In this document: positions 12,445-26,619 of the stretch, one piece after another
How the letters are laid out: each line of letters opens with the position of its first letter
Numbering within the stretch: position 1 is the stretch's first letter
Assembly (NCBI GenBank): GCA_030390025.1
Contig: JASTWF010000342.1
Location: 186,001 to 250,000 of the forward strand
Direction of reading: 5' to 3'
DNA from: Squalus acanthias
Lineage: Eukaryota
Length of the DNA: 64,000 nt
Program-made: the position numbers and the translations under genes
The notes under the pieces: model-generated
Database searches by the model: none
Told to the model about the DNA's origin: nothing
Seen by the model: the letters and a program-made list of their open reading frames with translations, nothing else

Positions 12445-15400
12445 TTTTGTTTATTTTTTTTTAGATTAAATAAATCTATTAATTGTGACATATAAAGAGT
12501 TTTAAATAACCAGAATGTGCTACTTCTCCTGTAAATATTCAAAATTCTCCATGGGAGCAGGACCCTGGACACTCCCAGAAATTCACTAGGGCAGCATTCG
12601 GAAGGAGCATATGCTGCCTGCCTATGTCCAATAAGACTTGAATTCCCTATTTGTTACTAGGGATATATTTAAAAAAAAGAAAATTAATTAAAACTTTTTA
12701 TTCTCCCAGCAATAGATGATAGGGCCAATTCCATGTTGGAGCATGTGTGCTGCTGCCCCTCTTCAACAGCCTGCCTAGCCGGTGGAATTGGGAAGAGAGG
12801 CCTCAGTGCCTAATTAGTGGCTACAAAATTATGTAAATCCATTCTAATGATTCCCGTGTAGAATTCCCTGTATTATTTGGCAGTGTGGCTCTAGATTTGC
12901 TGGGACGACTGCAAGCTGCTATTTGAAGATCTTTTCCATTTAAAGCGAGGTTGCCATATTATGGACAGTTTCCTTGCGACTGTTGGTTTTCACTTCAATT
13001 ATTGAACAATGAGTATTAGAGCTCGTCTGCTTTTGTTTTCTGTTGCTTGCTGCTGCTTTACTTAACTTCAGCTCTCCATTGGCTTATACCTCCAACACCA
13101 GCATTCCTGTTGCCACCAGTTCACCTCCACAGTTGCAAACACCACTGACCATGGGCATCTTCTAAATGCCCCCTCAGTGGGAGGGGCAAGTGCTGAATCA
13201 GTTGGGACCCTCTGACTTATCCATGGTGAATGCTCTATTTCTTCTACCTCATAAGATGGCAGCACCTCAGTGTCTGCACTAACTGGCTGCCGCTGCCCCT
13301 TTCCTGCTTCTTCTGCCGGCTTCTGAAGCAGCCAGCCTTGCGAGCATATGGGTCCTTATCCAGACAGGTGAAGCCCTCATCTGACTCTTTTTCTGCCTTT
13401 GCACAAACAGGAATCTGTGTGATCGTAAGCAGCAAAGAGAAAGGGAACATATGTTAGAATCGGGTATGCAGTCAATGGCTCGGTACACAATAGTAAGGCT
13501 ACTATGGTGATTTTCAGCAAAGGGTTAATGTAGCTGCCTGTTAGGCACTAATTGAATATGAAGTGACAACAAGAAGAGGAAGTTGAAACACACCCTTATA
13601 TTGCTGGGCTGGCAGAAAGTCAGTAGGCTTTTCCTCACCCATTTACTTGATGGCACTACCCCAATTATTTGCAAGGCCATGCTCCTTGTAATGGGTGAGG
13701 CAGCGCAGGTAGGTTGTCCCGTCATTCATGCAGGTTCGCCGTTGATGGTTACATGCAACTTTCATCCTTAAAAGAGAAGACCAACCCTTGAGTATTAAAA
13801 GTAGCACGTCAGGTACCCCAATGAGCAGTGTACATTGTACCTGATATGAAAAGGTGATCAGAAAGAATACAAATAATTCTTGGAGCTATATAGCAAGTTG
13901 GTGAGAAAACACACCAGAGTTGTGTGTGTGAGCGAAAAAAAAGCCTTGGTTTTCAACCACCAAAATGGAGGTGCATCTTGAGAAATTTAGATGGCAAAGA
14001 AGTGTGAGGTGGGACCATTGTTTTGTAGGCTGCATGACAGATGTGACACCATACCGTGGTCTAAGTACGTAATGCATGAATAGTCCAACCATCCCCTGGC
14101 CTTGAGTGGGAACCCATGAGTATTCCATACTTTGCCTCTCTTCCTTAGTCCACAGGACAATTTGTCATTTGCTCCTGTGAGTGATATATTAGGAGACAGC
14201 TTTGACACAATTGGTCACCTTCTGCCGTGCTAGGTTACACTGATTCTATTTGGAGAATCTCCCTCTGCCCCCAAAATTGCTACTTTCAGGGATACTACCT
14301 CCAACGAGACAAGTCGGCTGTCTTTGCTGAAGAAGGTAGTTCTGGGAGGTCCTCCAACCATTCTTGGTCCCTTAACTCAGCCTCTAACAAAATCTGCTGC
14401 CTCGCTTTAAGAGAGCATATTGCCTTCAAGAGCCCTTCCAGGCTCCTTGTGCATGGGGAAAACATGCAGGAAGCATATTAAAATTATGCAAATTTCCTAA
14501 TCCCATGACTTCTGGTGGGGTTGGGCTGCCTTGCTTCGAGCACGGAAATGCATTGGAGTACTGGGAACATCTTTGGCCCCAGCTGCGGAGCTAACCCCTA
14601 TTACATCCTCACAAAGTAAAAAGGAATAAACGAGAAAAGTTGTTGCCAGAGACCTAATGGTGGAAAATTGTGAGAGAAAACGCACATTGAAATATTAATG
14701 GCAGTGATTTTCTCCAGTCACTATGTGTATCAACATCATAAACAAATGCAGAAATGTCTTGTCTGATCAGTATTTTCTAGCAAAATTGCAAAAAGTAACA
14801 TGTTTATGATTTCATTAGAAACCATAACACAAGGGCCCCAAAATTGCCTGGGGAGGACGAGCAGAACGTCCCATTTCCAACCGGGGTGGGTTGGGGGGGA
14901 GGGGGGGCGGATGGCAGAGGTATAGGATGGAACCTGTTTATACTGGGTTCTGCCTCATTTGTGCTGGTCCTTTAAAATCCAGTAGGGGGAACTTTGGGTG
15001 GATGTCCCACCAGCTCACCCCCATATCATGTCCGAGGGAACCTCAATAATGCGCCCACCCCAGCAATCCAAAGGACCTATCCCCACGATTTGGGTTGGGG
15101 TCTCCACCTTGGGGCCAGGGCAAACAGGGGGTGCTCCATCGCCTTTGAGCAAGCATAGCAAACCTCCAGGAATTCTGAGGCTAAGAAGTCTTCCTGCAGT
15201 CTTTTACAATGTCACTTCACAAAGTGGCCAGGGGAAGAGATCCTCACAGATTATTTTTTTTAAACAGATGAAAGTACAACTGAATTCAAAGTGCCTTCAG
15301 GAAATTAGGCTTTCCTGAATAGAGAAAGTGTACAGAAATATTCTAGCCAGCATATGGCTTCATAATAGTATAAATTTATATTTGGCAGTAGAAACCATCT

Positions 15401-17821
15401 TCTTGAAAGAGCGGACTATAAACTAAGACTGCTTTCTGCTGCATAAAGAATATGTTCAAAGTTTAAGGTAATTTCTTTTTGGTATTATAATAAATTATTG
15501 TATCATGATATCTAACTATGTTTTTTGAAGTTCAACTCCTTTTTTTATTAGTTATAAATAAAAGAACTAACACCAAACTCGATTAAAATAGATTTTGGTG
15601 CATTGACCTTTTCCTCACACCTATTAACAAACTTCGAACAAAAATGCCACAGCCAAGATAGTACACTCGACATAATTGTAGCTATTTTTTTTCGGTGACA
15701 GCTTAAAATGAATTAAGTGCTCAATGTTCTTATTCTGCTGATGCTGCCTTTGAGTCACCGAAGCTTCAATGTCATGCCAGCATTTGCTTTCATAGTTCCA
15801 TACACAATATAATGCAATAAGCATATGAATTCATCTTAGCTAAACAACCTTGATGAACTATTACTTTAACTTTCAATACTTCCTTTAAAGTTAAGTCTGC
15901 CTCATTCTTTTAAAGTGTGATGAAAACTGACACAAATTTTATGGGCAACACTTCCAGCGCTGACTTCTGGACTTGACTTGTATCATGATTGATGGTATAA
16001 ATAGAACTGCAGATGCCAACAAACTCATAGTCCTCCAGTTCTTTTAAAAACCTATTACTGCAAAAATGAAACCAGCCTTGAAAACAAAATCCATTTTGTC
16101 CACAAATATTGATATTTCAGATGTTCAAATTTTTCTCTTGCTGTTCCCTAGCCTGCAAATATTTTTTAACTAGCTCGTCCAAGTGAAGATGACCTCAAGT
16201 TTGAGTTGACTGCTTCATCTTGCTTTAGATATAATACGGTACATGAACAACAGTCCATGTCGCTGTTTATCACAGAAACAATTTCCTTCAAGCTGTGACC
16301 AATTTTCATTAGTGTTTACAATAATGGTTTAACAGTTAAAATAAACACATAACAGCATGTCCATTGCAATGGTAAAATGCATACCAAATATGCATACACC
16401 AAACAAATCAATTAGTTAGGATAGCTACACTGAAGAAAAGTGATTACTTACTGTTGAGTGCAGCAGATTTAATTCTTTCCATAGTAGAGTGTATATAAGA
16501 TGGGCAAGGTCAGTAATGCATGTTGGATAGTCAGTGGGTTAACAGTCCTTTTTCATTCATGAAGTTTTGTCACTACTCATAAGACAATACACTTGTGTAA
16601 AAGTTTTTCTTCCCTGAGCAATATTGAGTTCTTTTATTTACTAGAAAAGGCACCAGAGCCCAGTGGTCTACAATGCAAACCATAGGCTCCAGTCGGCATA
16701 TTTTTCTATATATACCTTTAGTGAAAAAATTACCAAATTTATACACTGGCTTGTTGTGGGTGGGGGAGGAGGATGAATATTCCTAATACATTAAGCTTAT
16801 TGTATTTTCTGATGTATATGATTTATTTTTAATGTTATATAACATTAATACCACTATAGAAATTTAAATATTTTTGAAACAGAGTGAAATTCTAATAACA
16901 AGCAACTTTTTACATGAAAGCATAATCTAGCTATACTCGGAGAGATGACAGTGTTGGAATGAAGGAATTCATACAAGCAACTGTGAAACCTTCCTCTTCA
17001 GTCAGATCTACAGGTGCCTACAGATATTCAGCCATTGTAAGAAAATTAAAAAGGAAAAGAAATAAAAAATGCAAATGCTGGAAATCTGAAACAAAGGGCT
17101 GAATTTTTCCGGTGCTCAGAGGGCAGGTTCGGAGGCGGGTCCGCTGTCAAAATAGAAAAGCTTGACAGTGGGTAGGGAACCCGCTGTCAACCCGCCTCCA
17201 CGCAAGTCTCCCAGCTGTCGGGGAAGGCAATTGACATCATTAAATGGGTTGTTAACATCCAATTAAGTGTTATTTTAAGCCTACATTTCAATTTTACGTG
17301 CTCCTCCACGGGTTACCCGCTCTTCAGGGAACACGTCAGCTCAGCATGTCGTGAGTGGATTCAGCATTGAATTATCTCATGACCTGACAGCTGCCAAAGT
17401 TGTATAAAGGATCCCATGTTACAGCTGTTCACTTTCAAAGCTCAGAAACTGCTGGTTACTGCATTTGGAAGACATATTGAGCTTTCTGCAGCTTGCAAGT
17501 ATTTGGAGCCAACTCTCTATCCAGTGCCACCTCACTGGAACAACCTCTCTCACCATTGACAGATCGCTTCTGTCATCTCTACTTCACCTGCCATCTATTC
17601 CATCAGCATTGTTGCCCTTGAAAAAATCTCACCTTGGTCCTCAGAATCCCACCAAGATCACCCCCAACACCAGGCAGACCAGCAGCAATAACAACAACAC
17701 CAACCTTCTCCGCAATCAACTGATGCTGCACAGGACACAAGGCATCAGCACCCGACCATATTGCTGCCCGGGATGTCAGGGATGGCCTCACCATGGCCAG
17801 ATTTACTTCACTTGGAAATGG

Positions 17822-17896
17822 TAGCGTAGTGGCACTGTCACTGGGCTAATAATCCAAAGGCTTGGACTAATAATCCAGAGACGTGAGTTCAAATCC
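17822..17896 (+). promoter_or_regulatory. RNA Pol III type-2 internal promoter (A box and B box) at the LINE 5' end
   Basis: A box TAGCGTAGTGG at 17822-32 and B box GAGTTCAAATCC at 17885-96. The spacer has a short duplication of CTAATAATCCA. Confidence 0.7.
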
Positions 17897-18672
17897 CACC
17901 ACGGCAGCTGGGGAATTTAAATTCAGTTAATTAAATAAATCTGGAATTTAAAAAAAAGCTAGTATCAGTAATGGTAACCATGAAACTATTGGATTGTCGT
18001 AAAAACCCATCTGGTTCACTAATGTCCTTTAGGGAAGGAAATCTGCTGCCCTTACCTGGCCTAAATGTGACTCCAGCAATGTGGTTCACTCTTAACTGCC
18101 CTCTGAAATGGCCTAGCAAGCCACTCAGTTGTAACTAACCGCTATGAAACATAATAAGAATGAAACTAGACGGAGCACTCGGCACCGGCGATGGCAATGG
18201 CACAGCCAGCCCGCTCGACCCTGCAAAGTCCTCCTCACCAACATCTGGGGACGTGTGCCAAAATTGGGAGAGCTGTCCCACAGACTGGTCAAGCAACAGC
18301 CTGACATAATCATACTCACAGAATCATACCTTTCAGCCAATGTCCCAAACTCCTCCATCACCATCCCTGGGTATGTCCTGTCCCACCGGCAGGACAGACC
18401 CACCAGAGGTGGCGGCACAGTGATATACAGTCATGAAGGAGTGGCCCTGGGAGTCCTCAACATTGACTCTGGACTCCATGAAGTCTTATGGCTTCAGGTC
18501 AAACATGGGCAAGGAAACCTCCTGCTTACCACCTACCGCCCTTCCTCAGCTGATGAATCAGTACTCCTCCATGTTGAACACCACTTGGAAGAAGCACTGA
18601 GAGTAGCAAGGACACAGAATGTACTCTGGGTGGGGGACTTCAATATCCATCACCAAGAGTGGCTCGGTAGCA

Positions 18673-21230
18673 AGAAGGGGTAGAAAGTTTCTGGAAATTT
18701 TCCACGGGAAGTTTAAGCTTGGGAATTTTGCCCAAAAAAGCACATGCTAGCATACTATTGTTTTTTTTTTGTATTTCCTTCTTTTTTTTTCCACAGGTCC
18801 TCTCTTAAAATTACTAACAGAGATGGAATCTTAATTATTAAGGAATTTCTTAATCAATATATGTTTATCTTCTTACTTGGCTTGTTTTAATAATTATAAG
18901 TTTTGTGTGTGACTGTGAACAAATGTGTCCTGATTGATTGGATGAGTGGATGAGCGATTAGCTCCCTCTATTGGTGATGTAGCGTCGTGCGTGCACAGGT
19001 CATGCTTCCATCACATGGAGCATCAGGAAAAATTTACTCACCCTGTTGCAATCGTGCTGGTTGACCACAGTTCGACACAGAGACGAATGCCCTTTATTTC
19101 TCTGCATAGAACAATGCCACATTTACCGTCGGATGTGTGGAAGCACTTTACCCCAGGCATTAAAGATGGAAAGACTGTGTACATGTGCAAATACTGTACA
19201 AAGCCATATGTAAAGAATGCCACAAAGATGCAGCAGCATTTATCCAAATGCAACAACTTCACTCAAAGCTCACAGCAGTCAGCCCAGAGTTCCTCTGCTT
19301 CCATTCAAGAAGATGATGGTTCACATTCAGCATCAGGCTCCTTATCATCAGCAACTCCTGGCCCACTTGGAAGGTTCTTTGATACAATGGATAACCATAC
19401 CCAGAAGAATGCAGATGAGTGCCTTGCTCGAGCTGTATATGCGACAGGCTCACCCCTCATGCTCACAGCCAATGTGTACTGGAAGAGATTTTTCAATGTT
19501 ATTCGCCCTGCATACTGTCCTCCCACCAGACATGCTTTGTCTAGTTATTTGCTGGAGGCTGAGTATAACAGAGTCCAAGGAAAGCGCAAAGAAACGATAG
19601 AGATGGCAGACTGTGTTGCAGTTATTTCAGATGGGTGGTCAAATGTATGAGGGGAGGGCATCATAAACTACATCGTCTCCACTCCTCTCCCAGTGTTGAA
19701 GAGCACAGACACAAAGGACAACAGACACACAGGCACATACATTGCTGATGAGCTGAAAGCGGTCATCAACGATCTTGGATCATAAAAGGTCTTTGCAGTA
19801 GTTACTGACAATGCTGCGAATATGAAGGCTGCTTGGGCTCAAGTGGAGGAGGCCTACCCTCATATTACGTCTATTGGGTGCGCAGCTCATGGGCTCAACC
19901 TGCTCCTCAAGGACATCATGGGTTTGAGAACCATGGAAACACTGTACAAGAGAGCCAAACAAGTTGTTAAGTATGTCAGGGGAAACCAGGTAGTTGCAGC
20001 AACCTACAACTCCAAGCAAATGACAAAGAACAAGAACACCACACTAAAGCTGCCCAGCAACACTAGATGGGGTGGCGTTGTCATAATGTACAACAGCCTT
20101 CTGGAGGGTAAGGAGTCACTGCAAGAAATGGCAATATCCCAGTCTGGGGATATGGAAACCACCATCAAGAAAATACTGCTGGATGATGTGTTTTGGGAGA
20201 GAGTGGTTAGCAGCCTTAAACTACTCTCACCAGTAGCATCTGCAATTGCTCAGATTGAAGGAAATGACGCTGTCTTGTCAGATGTTCTCAAGCTTTTTGC
20301 TGATTTAAAAGAACAAATCAGCATTGCCCTACCCACATCCCTGCTGCTCAAAGCAGAGGAGAAGGCAATTGTTCAATTCATACAGACACGTCAAGAATTT
20401 TGTGTCAAGCCGATTCATGCTGCAGCATACATGCTGGACCCAAAGCATGTTGGGAGACCAATACTTTCTGGAGAACAGATCAACAGCGCTTACAGTGTGA
20501 TTTCTACCCTCTCTCGCCACCTCAATCTGGACGTGGGCAAAGTTCTGGGAAGTCTGGCAAAGTTCTCTACCAAGCAAGGTCTTTGGAATGGGGATGGGAT
20601 ATGGGAATCATGCAAGCATATCAGTGCACATACCTGGTGGAAGGGACTTTGTGCATTTGAGGCCCTGTCACCCATTGCATCAGTGATACTCCAAATCCCA
20701 CCTTCATCAGCGGCCTCTGGAACGAAACTGGTCACTTTTTGGGAATACGCATACAAAGGTGCGCAGCAGGCTGACTAACAAGAGAGTGGAGAATCTGGTG
20801 GCTATCCAGGCGAACCTACAACTTATTGAGCCAGATACAGACAGTGACACAGAGGAGGAAATGGACACGTCAGAGCCAGAGTCAGAGAATCAGGAGGAGC
20901 AATGATGAGTAGAAGACTCAGAAGACTCATGAGTAGAAGACTCAAAAGGGACAAAATAAGGACAAATTACAGGCTAAATAAGCTGACGCTCTTTTTATTT
21001 TATTTTAGATGGGTCTTTTTTGTGGGGGGTTCAATAAAGTTCAAAACTATAACCTAAATAAAGTTTTGAAAGCCTGTTTTTATTTGTATGGAACAGTATG
21101 TCTATTTTGATGACAAAGATAATATAAGGGTCAGAGACAAAAACCATCAGTGTACAAAAAAACTCAAAATTCCCATAAATTCCCATGGAAAGTTTCCTCT
21201 TTTAAAAATTCCTGGAATTTTGCAACCCTA
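18673..21230 (+). mobile_element. hAT DNA transposon inserted in the LINE endonuclease region
   Basis: LINE frame ..EWLGS|TTTDR is rejoined on removal. GTAGCA is duplicated at 18667 and 21231. Right end is ..GGAATTTTGCAACCCTA, with subterminal GGAAA/TTTCC repeats at both ends. Confidence 0.9.
19114..20905 (+). pseudogene. hAT transposase (BED finger, RNase H-like DDE core, C-terminal dimerisation region), disrupted
   Basis: VWKHF..CKYC..KMQQHLSKC; ISDGWSN; VTDNAANMKAA; CAAHGLNLLLKD; TRWG; WW..QIPPSSAAS. Stops at 19648 and 19783, plus frameshifts. Confidence 0.9.
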
Positions 21231-24200
21231 GTAGCACCACTACTGACCGAGCTGATCGAGTCCTGAAGGACATAGCTGCCAGTCTGGGCCTGCGACAGGT
21301 GGTGAGAGAACCAACACGAGGGAAAAACCTACTTGACCTCGTCCTCACCGATCTACCTGTCGCAGATTCATCTGCCCATGACAACATTGGTAGCAGTGAC
21401 CACCGCACTGTCATTGTGGAGACGAAGTCCCGTCTTCACACTGAGAACACCCTCCATCATGTTGTGTGGCACTACCACCGTGATAAATGGGATAGATTCA
21501 AAACAGATCTAGCAGCTCAAAACTGGGCATCCATGAGGCGCTGTGGGCCATAAGCAGCAGCAGAATTGTAACTTCATGGCCCGGCATATCCCTCACTCTA
21601 CCATTACCATCAAGCCAGGGGACCAACCCTGGTTCAATAAAGAGTGTAGAAGAGCATGCCAGGAGCAGCACCAGGCGTACCAAAAAATGAGGTGCCAACC
21701 TGGGGAAGCTGCAACACAGGACTACATGCATGATAAAAAGCGGAAGCAGCAAGCTATTGACAGGGCTAAGCGATCCCACAATCAACGGATCAGATCAAAG
21801 CTCTGCAGTCCTGCCACATCCAGTCGTGAATGGTGGTGGACCATTAAACAACTAACAGGAGGAGGAGGCTCCATTAATATCCCCATCCTCAATGATGGTG
21901 GAGCCCAGCATGTGAGTGCAAAAGACAAGGCTGAAGCGTTTGCAAGCATCTTCAGCCAGAATTGCTGAGTGGATGATCCATATCGGCCTACTCCTGAGGT
22001 CCCCACCATCACAGAAACCAGTCTTCAGCCAATTTGATTCACTCCACGTGATATCAAGAAACGGCTGAGCGCACTGGATACAGCAAAGGCTATGGGCCCC
22101 GACAACATCCTGGCTATCGTGCTGAAGACTTGTGCTCCAGAACTAGCCGCGCCGCTAGCCAAGCTGTTCCAGTACAGCTACAACACTGGCATCTATCCGA
22201 CAATGTGGAAAACTGCCCAGGTATGTCCTGTCCATAAAAAGCAGGACAAATCCAATCTGCCAATTACCGCCCCATCAGTCTACTCTCAATCATCAGCAAA
22301 GTGATGGAAGGTGTCATCGACAGTGCTATCAAGCGGCACTTACTCACCAATAATCTGCTCACTGATGCCCAGTTTGTGTTCCGCCATGACCACTTGGCTC
22401 CCGACCTCATTACAGCCTTGGTCCAAACATGGACAAAGGAGCTGAATTCCAGAGGTGAGGTGAGAGTGACTGCCCTTGACATCAAGGCAGCATTTGACCG
22501 AGTGTGGCATCAAGGAGCCCTAGTAAAACTGAAGTCAATGGGAATCAGGGGAAAACACTCCACTGGCTGGAGTCATACCTGGCACAAAGGAAGATGGTTG
22601 TGGTGGTTGAAGTCAATTATCACAGCCCCAGGACATCGCAGCAGGAGTTCCTCAGGGCAGTGTCCTAGCCCAACCATCTTCAGCTGCTTCATCAATGATC
22701 TTCCCTCCAACATAAGGTCAGAAATGGGGATGTTCGCTGATGACTGCACAGTGTTCAGCACCATTCAGAACTTCTCAGATAATGATGCAGTCCATGCCCG
22801 CATGCAACAAGACCTGGATGACGTTCAGACTTGGGCTGATAAGTGGCAGGTAACATTCGCGCCACAGAAGTGCCAGGCAATGACTATCTCCAACAAGCGA
22901 GAGTCTAACCACCTCCCCTTGACATTCAACGGCATTACCATCACCGAATCCCCCACCATCAACATCCTGCGGGTCACCATTGACCAGAAACTTAACTGGA
23001 CCAGCCACACAAATACTGTGACAGCAAGAGCTGGTCAGAAGCTAGGTATTATGCAGCGAGTGTCTCACCTCCTGATTCCCAAAGCCTTTCCACCATCTAC
23101 AGGGCACAAGTAAGGAATGTGATGGAATACTCTCCACTTGCCTGGACGAGTGCAGCTCCAACAACACTGAAGAAGCTCGACACCATCCAGGACAAAGCAG
23201 CCCATTTGTTTGGCACCCCATCCACCACCTTAAACATTCACTCACTCCACCACCGGCGTACCGTGGCTGCAGTGTGTACCATCTACAAGATGCACTGTAG
23301 CAACTCGCCAAGGCTTCTTCAGCAGCACCTCCCAAACCCGCGACCTCTTCCACCTAGAAGGACAAGGGCAGCAGGTGCATGGGAACACCATCACCTCCAA
23401 GTTCCCCTCCAAGTCACACACCATCCTGACTTAGAAGTATATCGCCGATCCTTCATCGTCGCTGGGTCAAAATCCTGGAACTCCCTACCTAACAGAACTG
23501 TGGGAGTACCTTGACCACGCGGACTCCAGCGGTTCAAGAAGGTGGCTCACCACCACCTTCTCAAGGGCAACTAGGGATGGGCAATATACACTGGCCTTGC
23601 CAGTGATGCCCAGATCCCATAAGTGAATAAAAAATAAACTTGACACTGTACACCCTGGCTGCCACATATTGTGCCAGGTTGGCACCACCCCACACCAACA
23701 ACATAAAGCATCCCTACAATGCCCAAGCCATTCCTTTCACACTCGTCACTATTGCGGGAGGTAGGGGTGGGGGGGGAGGGGGGGCAAGGTACCATTCACT
23801 ACAACTCACTGTGCCTCTTCCAAAGGTGCACACAAATCTGTCCAAGAACGCAAAGTGCTGAAAATAAAGATTTCAATGTTTGACAGCACATTACCAAAAA
23901 CTTCACATGAACATTGGCTAAACCACCCTAGTGCCTACCCCTATGTGTTGTTAGTTGGTATGCTTGCAGTAGGATGAGGGTGAGTGTGAAGTGTGGCTAG
24001 TGAAATGGGAAAGTGATAATGTAGATAGAGAGGGATGGGTGGAGGTGCAAGGTAAGTTGGTGTGAGTAAAAATGTGCAGGAGTAGGGTAGGGAAGACAAA
24101 GTGATGGTGATGTGATGAGTGGCACAGCAGGTTGAGTGTGGCTTTGCAGTAACGTTTCGTGATCTACTGAGATCATTGAAAGGTTTGCACCACTGCAGCC

Positions 24201-26399
24201 TGGTCCTTCTGATGACATTCCTGCTTGTGCCCTCCTGTGCAATGTGCAAACAGGCTGCGTTGGTCTCCTGGGGAGGTTTCTTCCGCCCATTGGAAGGGAA
24301 GAGAACCTCCCTGCATGCTGTGACTCCCTCCATAAGCATATGGAGGGAGTCATTGGAGAGCTTGAGTGCAGCCGTGCACCTTTCTTCAGTGCTTGTCAGT
24401 GTTTGCAGCACCTCAATGCTGTAGAACACTGACAACAGAACTGTCAAGATCAATTTGGACATGGCCCCTTTAAGGAAACCAGCTGATGACGTGTCATCAA
24501 ATTACGTCATCAGACTCGCTTCCTTTTAATTGGCCGGGAACCTCGCAGGGCGGGCTTAACAAGCCCTATTAAGATAAAATCGCTTGGAGAGTGCGGGCTG
24601 CAGTCGGCAGCGGGCTGGGACCGCGACCCTGGCAGGCAAAATCACAGCCAAAGAGAGAAAATTCTGGAAATGCACAGCAGGTCCGTCAGTATCTGTAAAG
24701 GGAAAAGGCAGGTTAACTATTTAGGTCTAGATCTTGTTATGCTTTTACTTTAGATATTTTCCTCAGGTTCGGTGTCTCCGACTCCACCTCTAATCAATCT
24801 TTTCCTTACTATGACCCTGTATCTGGGTGATTTGTAGTGAGCTCAAGGATCAAACAGAAAACCATAGGCCTGAGATTCCATGTGCTTTCTGCCAGTCTCC
24901 CGCTGTAACTCCAGCAGTAGACTGGCAGAACCCCCAGGGAAACTGCTTCTGCCTGGGGATACTGCATCTCTTCCACTGGAGTTATAGCAGGAGGCTGGTA
25001 GAACCCTCATGGAATTTCAGAGCCCATGTTGCTGTATTTCAACAATTTCATATGATCTTCCTCATTGATTGTGGCTTGGACCATGACTGCCAGAATTATT
25101 AAACAGTAGAAGGATAAGTGAACAGAAACACGACATACTGCAGATTTACAATAGTTACAGACTTAATTATTCCTCCTTGGAATATAGCAAAATAACAGTC
25201 ATGTTTGCTGCCCTAAACTGCAGTATAAACTGGGCTGGACACAAGCCCCTGAATATTAAACTTTATGTAATAGTTTGTTGTTGACCATCCATGGAGTCTC
25301 TCGAGGCTACCTGCCTCTCTCTGATGTCTTCAGAAGGACTACTAAATTTGAACAAGACAGACTGAGAAATACTTTTTAAAAAGATGACCAGGATCAATCA
25401 AATTTAAAAATATGTTTCTTTGAGAGCTGCCAATCAAACATAAATCCAAATAAGAGCCATATGTTTCTTTATTTGAATCAAATGGCTTCGGCCCTCCCTT
25501 GGACACCTGGAGTGAAACAATAGGGTAAAAACGCCACCATTTTGTGAAATCCCTCATTCCCAGCCTGCTAGTTTCCATTTGTGAGTTTTTACACAAAATG
25601 TCTATGTTCTAGGGCCATTGGGGTAATTTTATGAGTCCTGCTCCCAGTGGGGAACCTCTCCCAACAGAAGTACAGGTCAGAAAGTTGGACACACATTGCT
25701 GACTATTTTTTTAATGGTTGAAGAAACCATGGGCAGCGCCTGCCTAAATCCCACTGTGCACTGCTGGCAGACGAGACTACCTGCAAAAAGCATGGACCCA
25801 TAATGTGATCTGCATTGGATTAAAACAAAAGAGCTGTTTTTCTGTGAGTGAACCCATTTTTTAACCCATATTATATCATGACAGAAATAAATAAATCTGT
25901 ACCATCATAGAAAAAATGCTTCATTTTTGTCACGGGCACTGCATCAGACCTGAAAATTGAAAGATAATTGAGCTCACTTGAATCTGGTCCCAAGGTGTAA
26001 AAGATTGGCCAGGCTATCAATATAATTTATAAAGGAAATGACAGTATTTGTAATGTGCCACTGGATGTCATTGATATATTTATTACATCATAACATATTT
26101 ACAAAACAAGTCAAAGAATATTACAGAACATCAATATAACCTGGCTTTTTTCTGAAACCAATATTGGATATAATGAATTTTGGTTTTAGAATCCTTGATA
26201 TAACAGTGCCCTCCAATATTCCTCTTAGACTCACCCACAGGGTGTAAGATTAGATTAATAGTGTGAGGAGAGTTAGACTTACGGCCCTCTCCAAATACCC
26301 TCGATTCTTGTTTACTTTAAAAGACAGCTTCAATAGCTAGGCTTGGGTTTGAATATGAATTGAAATTTAACAACGTGTAGTGTGACTCAGAATTCAGAA

Positions 26400-26505
26400 G
26401 GAAAGAACATGCATTTATAGAGTACCTTTCACAACCCCAGGACATCCCAAAGCACCTCACAGCCACTTAGCTACTTTTGAAGTGTAGTCACTATAGTAAA
26501 GTAGG
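26400..26505 (-). mobile_element. Deu-type SINE 3' tail fragment
   Basis: Similar to 7075-7190. Confidence 0.6.
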
Positions 26506-26619
26506 GTTCAGTTTGTTAGCAATTTATTATCACAGGATTATGCTCACTTCCAAGCAGCTGTCACAATGCATTCATTTTAAGGGTGTCTACCATCCCACCA
26601 ATAGCTGACACACAAAGGC

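Larger units (their letters stand above)
17815..23637 (+). mobile_element. LINE (CR1/L2 group, APE+RT, no visible ORF1) with tRNA-derived 5' head; interrupted by hAT
   Basis: TSD ACTTG at 17810-14 and 23638-42. APE motifs NIWG, LTESYL, YRP, VGDFN, SSDH; RT motifs GPDNI, ALDIKAAFDRVWH, FADD. A-rich 3' end; multiple frameshifts. Confidence 0.9.
17096..24649 (-). mobile_element. Harbinger-derived non-autonomous element (same family as 1080-7040) hosting a LINE and a hAT
   Basis: Ends GGGCTGAATTTTTCC and GGCAAAATCACAGCC with AAA on both sides. Myb-like relic ORF 23941-24462 (..KKPPQETNAACLHIAQE..WCKPFNDL). Confidence 0.75.

Noticed and set aside
16181..16221. Imperfect hairpin as a pre-miRNA
   Set aside because: Too short, poorly paired and with no recognisable mature sequence.
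17822..17900. True tRNA gene (also 28520-28591)
   Set aside because: A/B boxes only, with no cloverleaf or terminator; these are retroelement heads.
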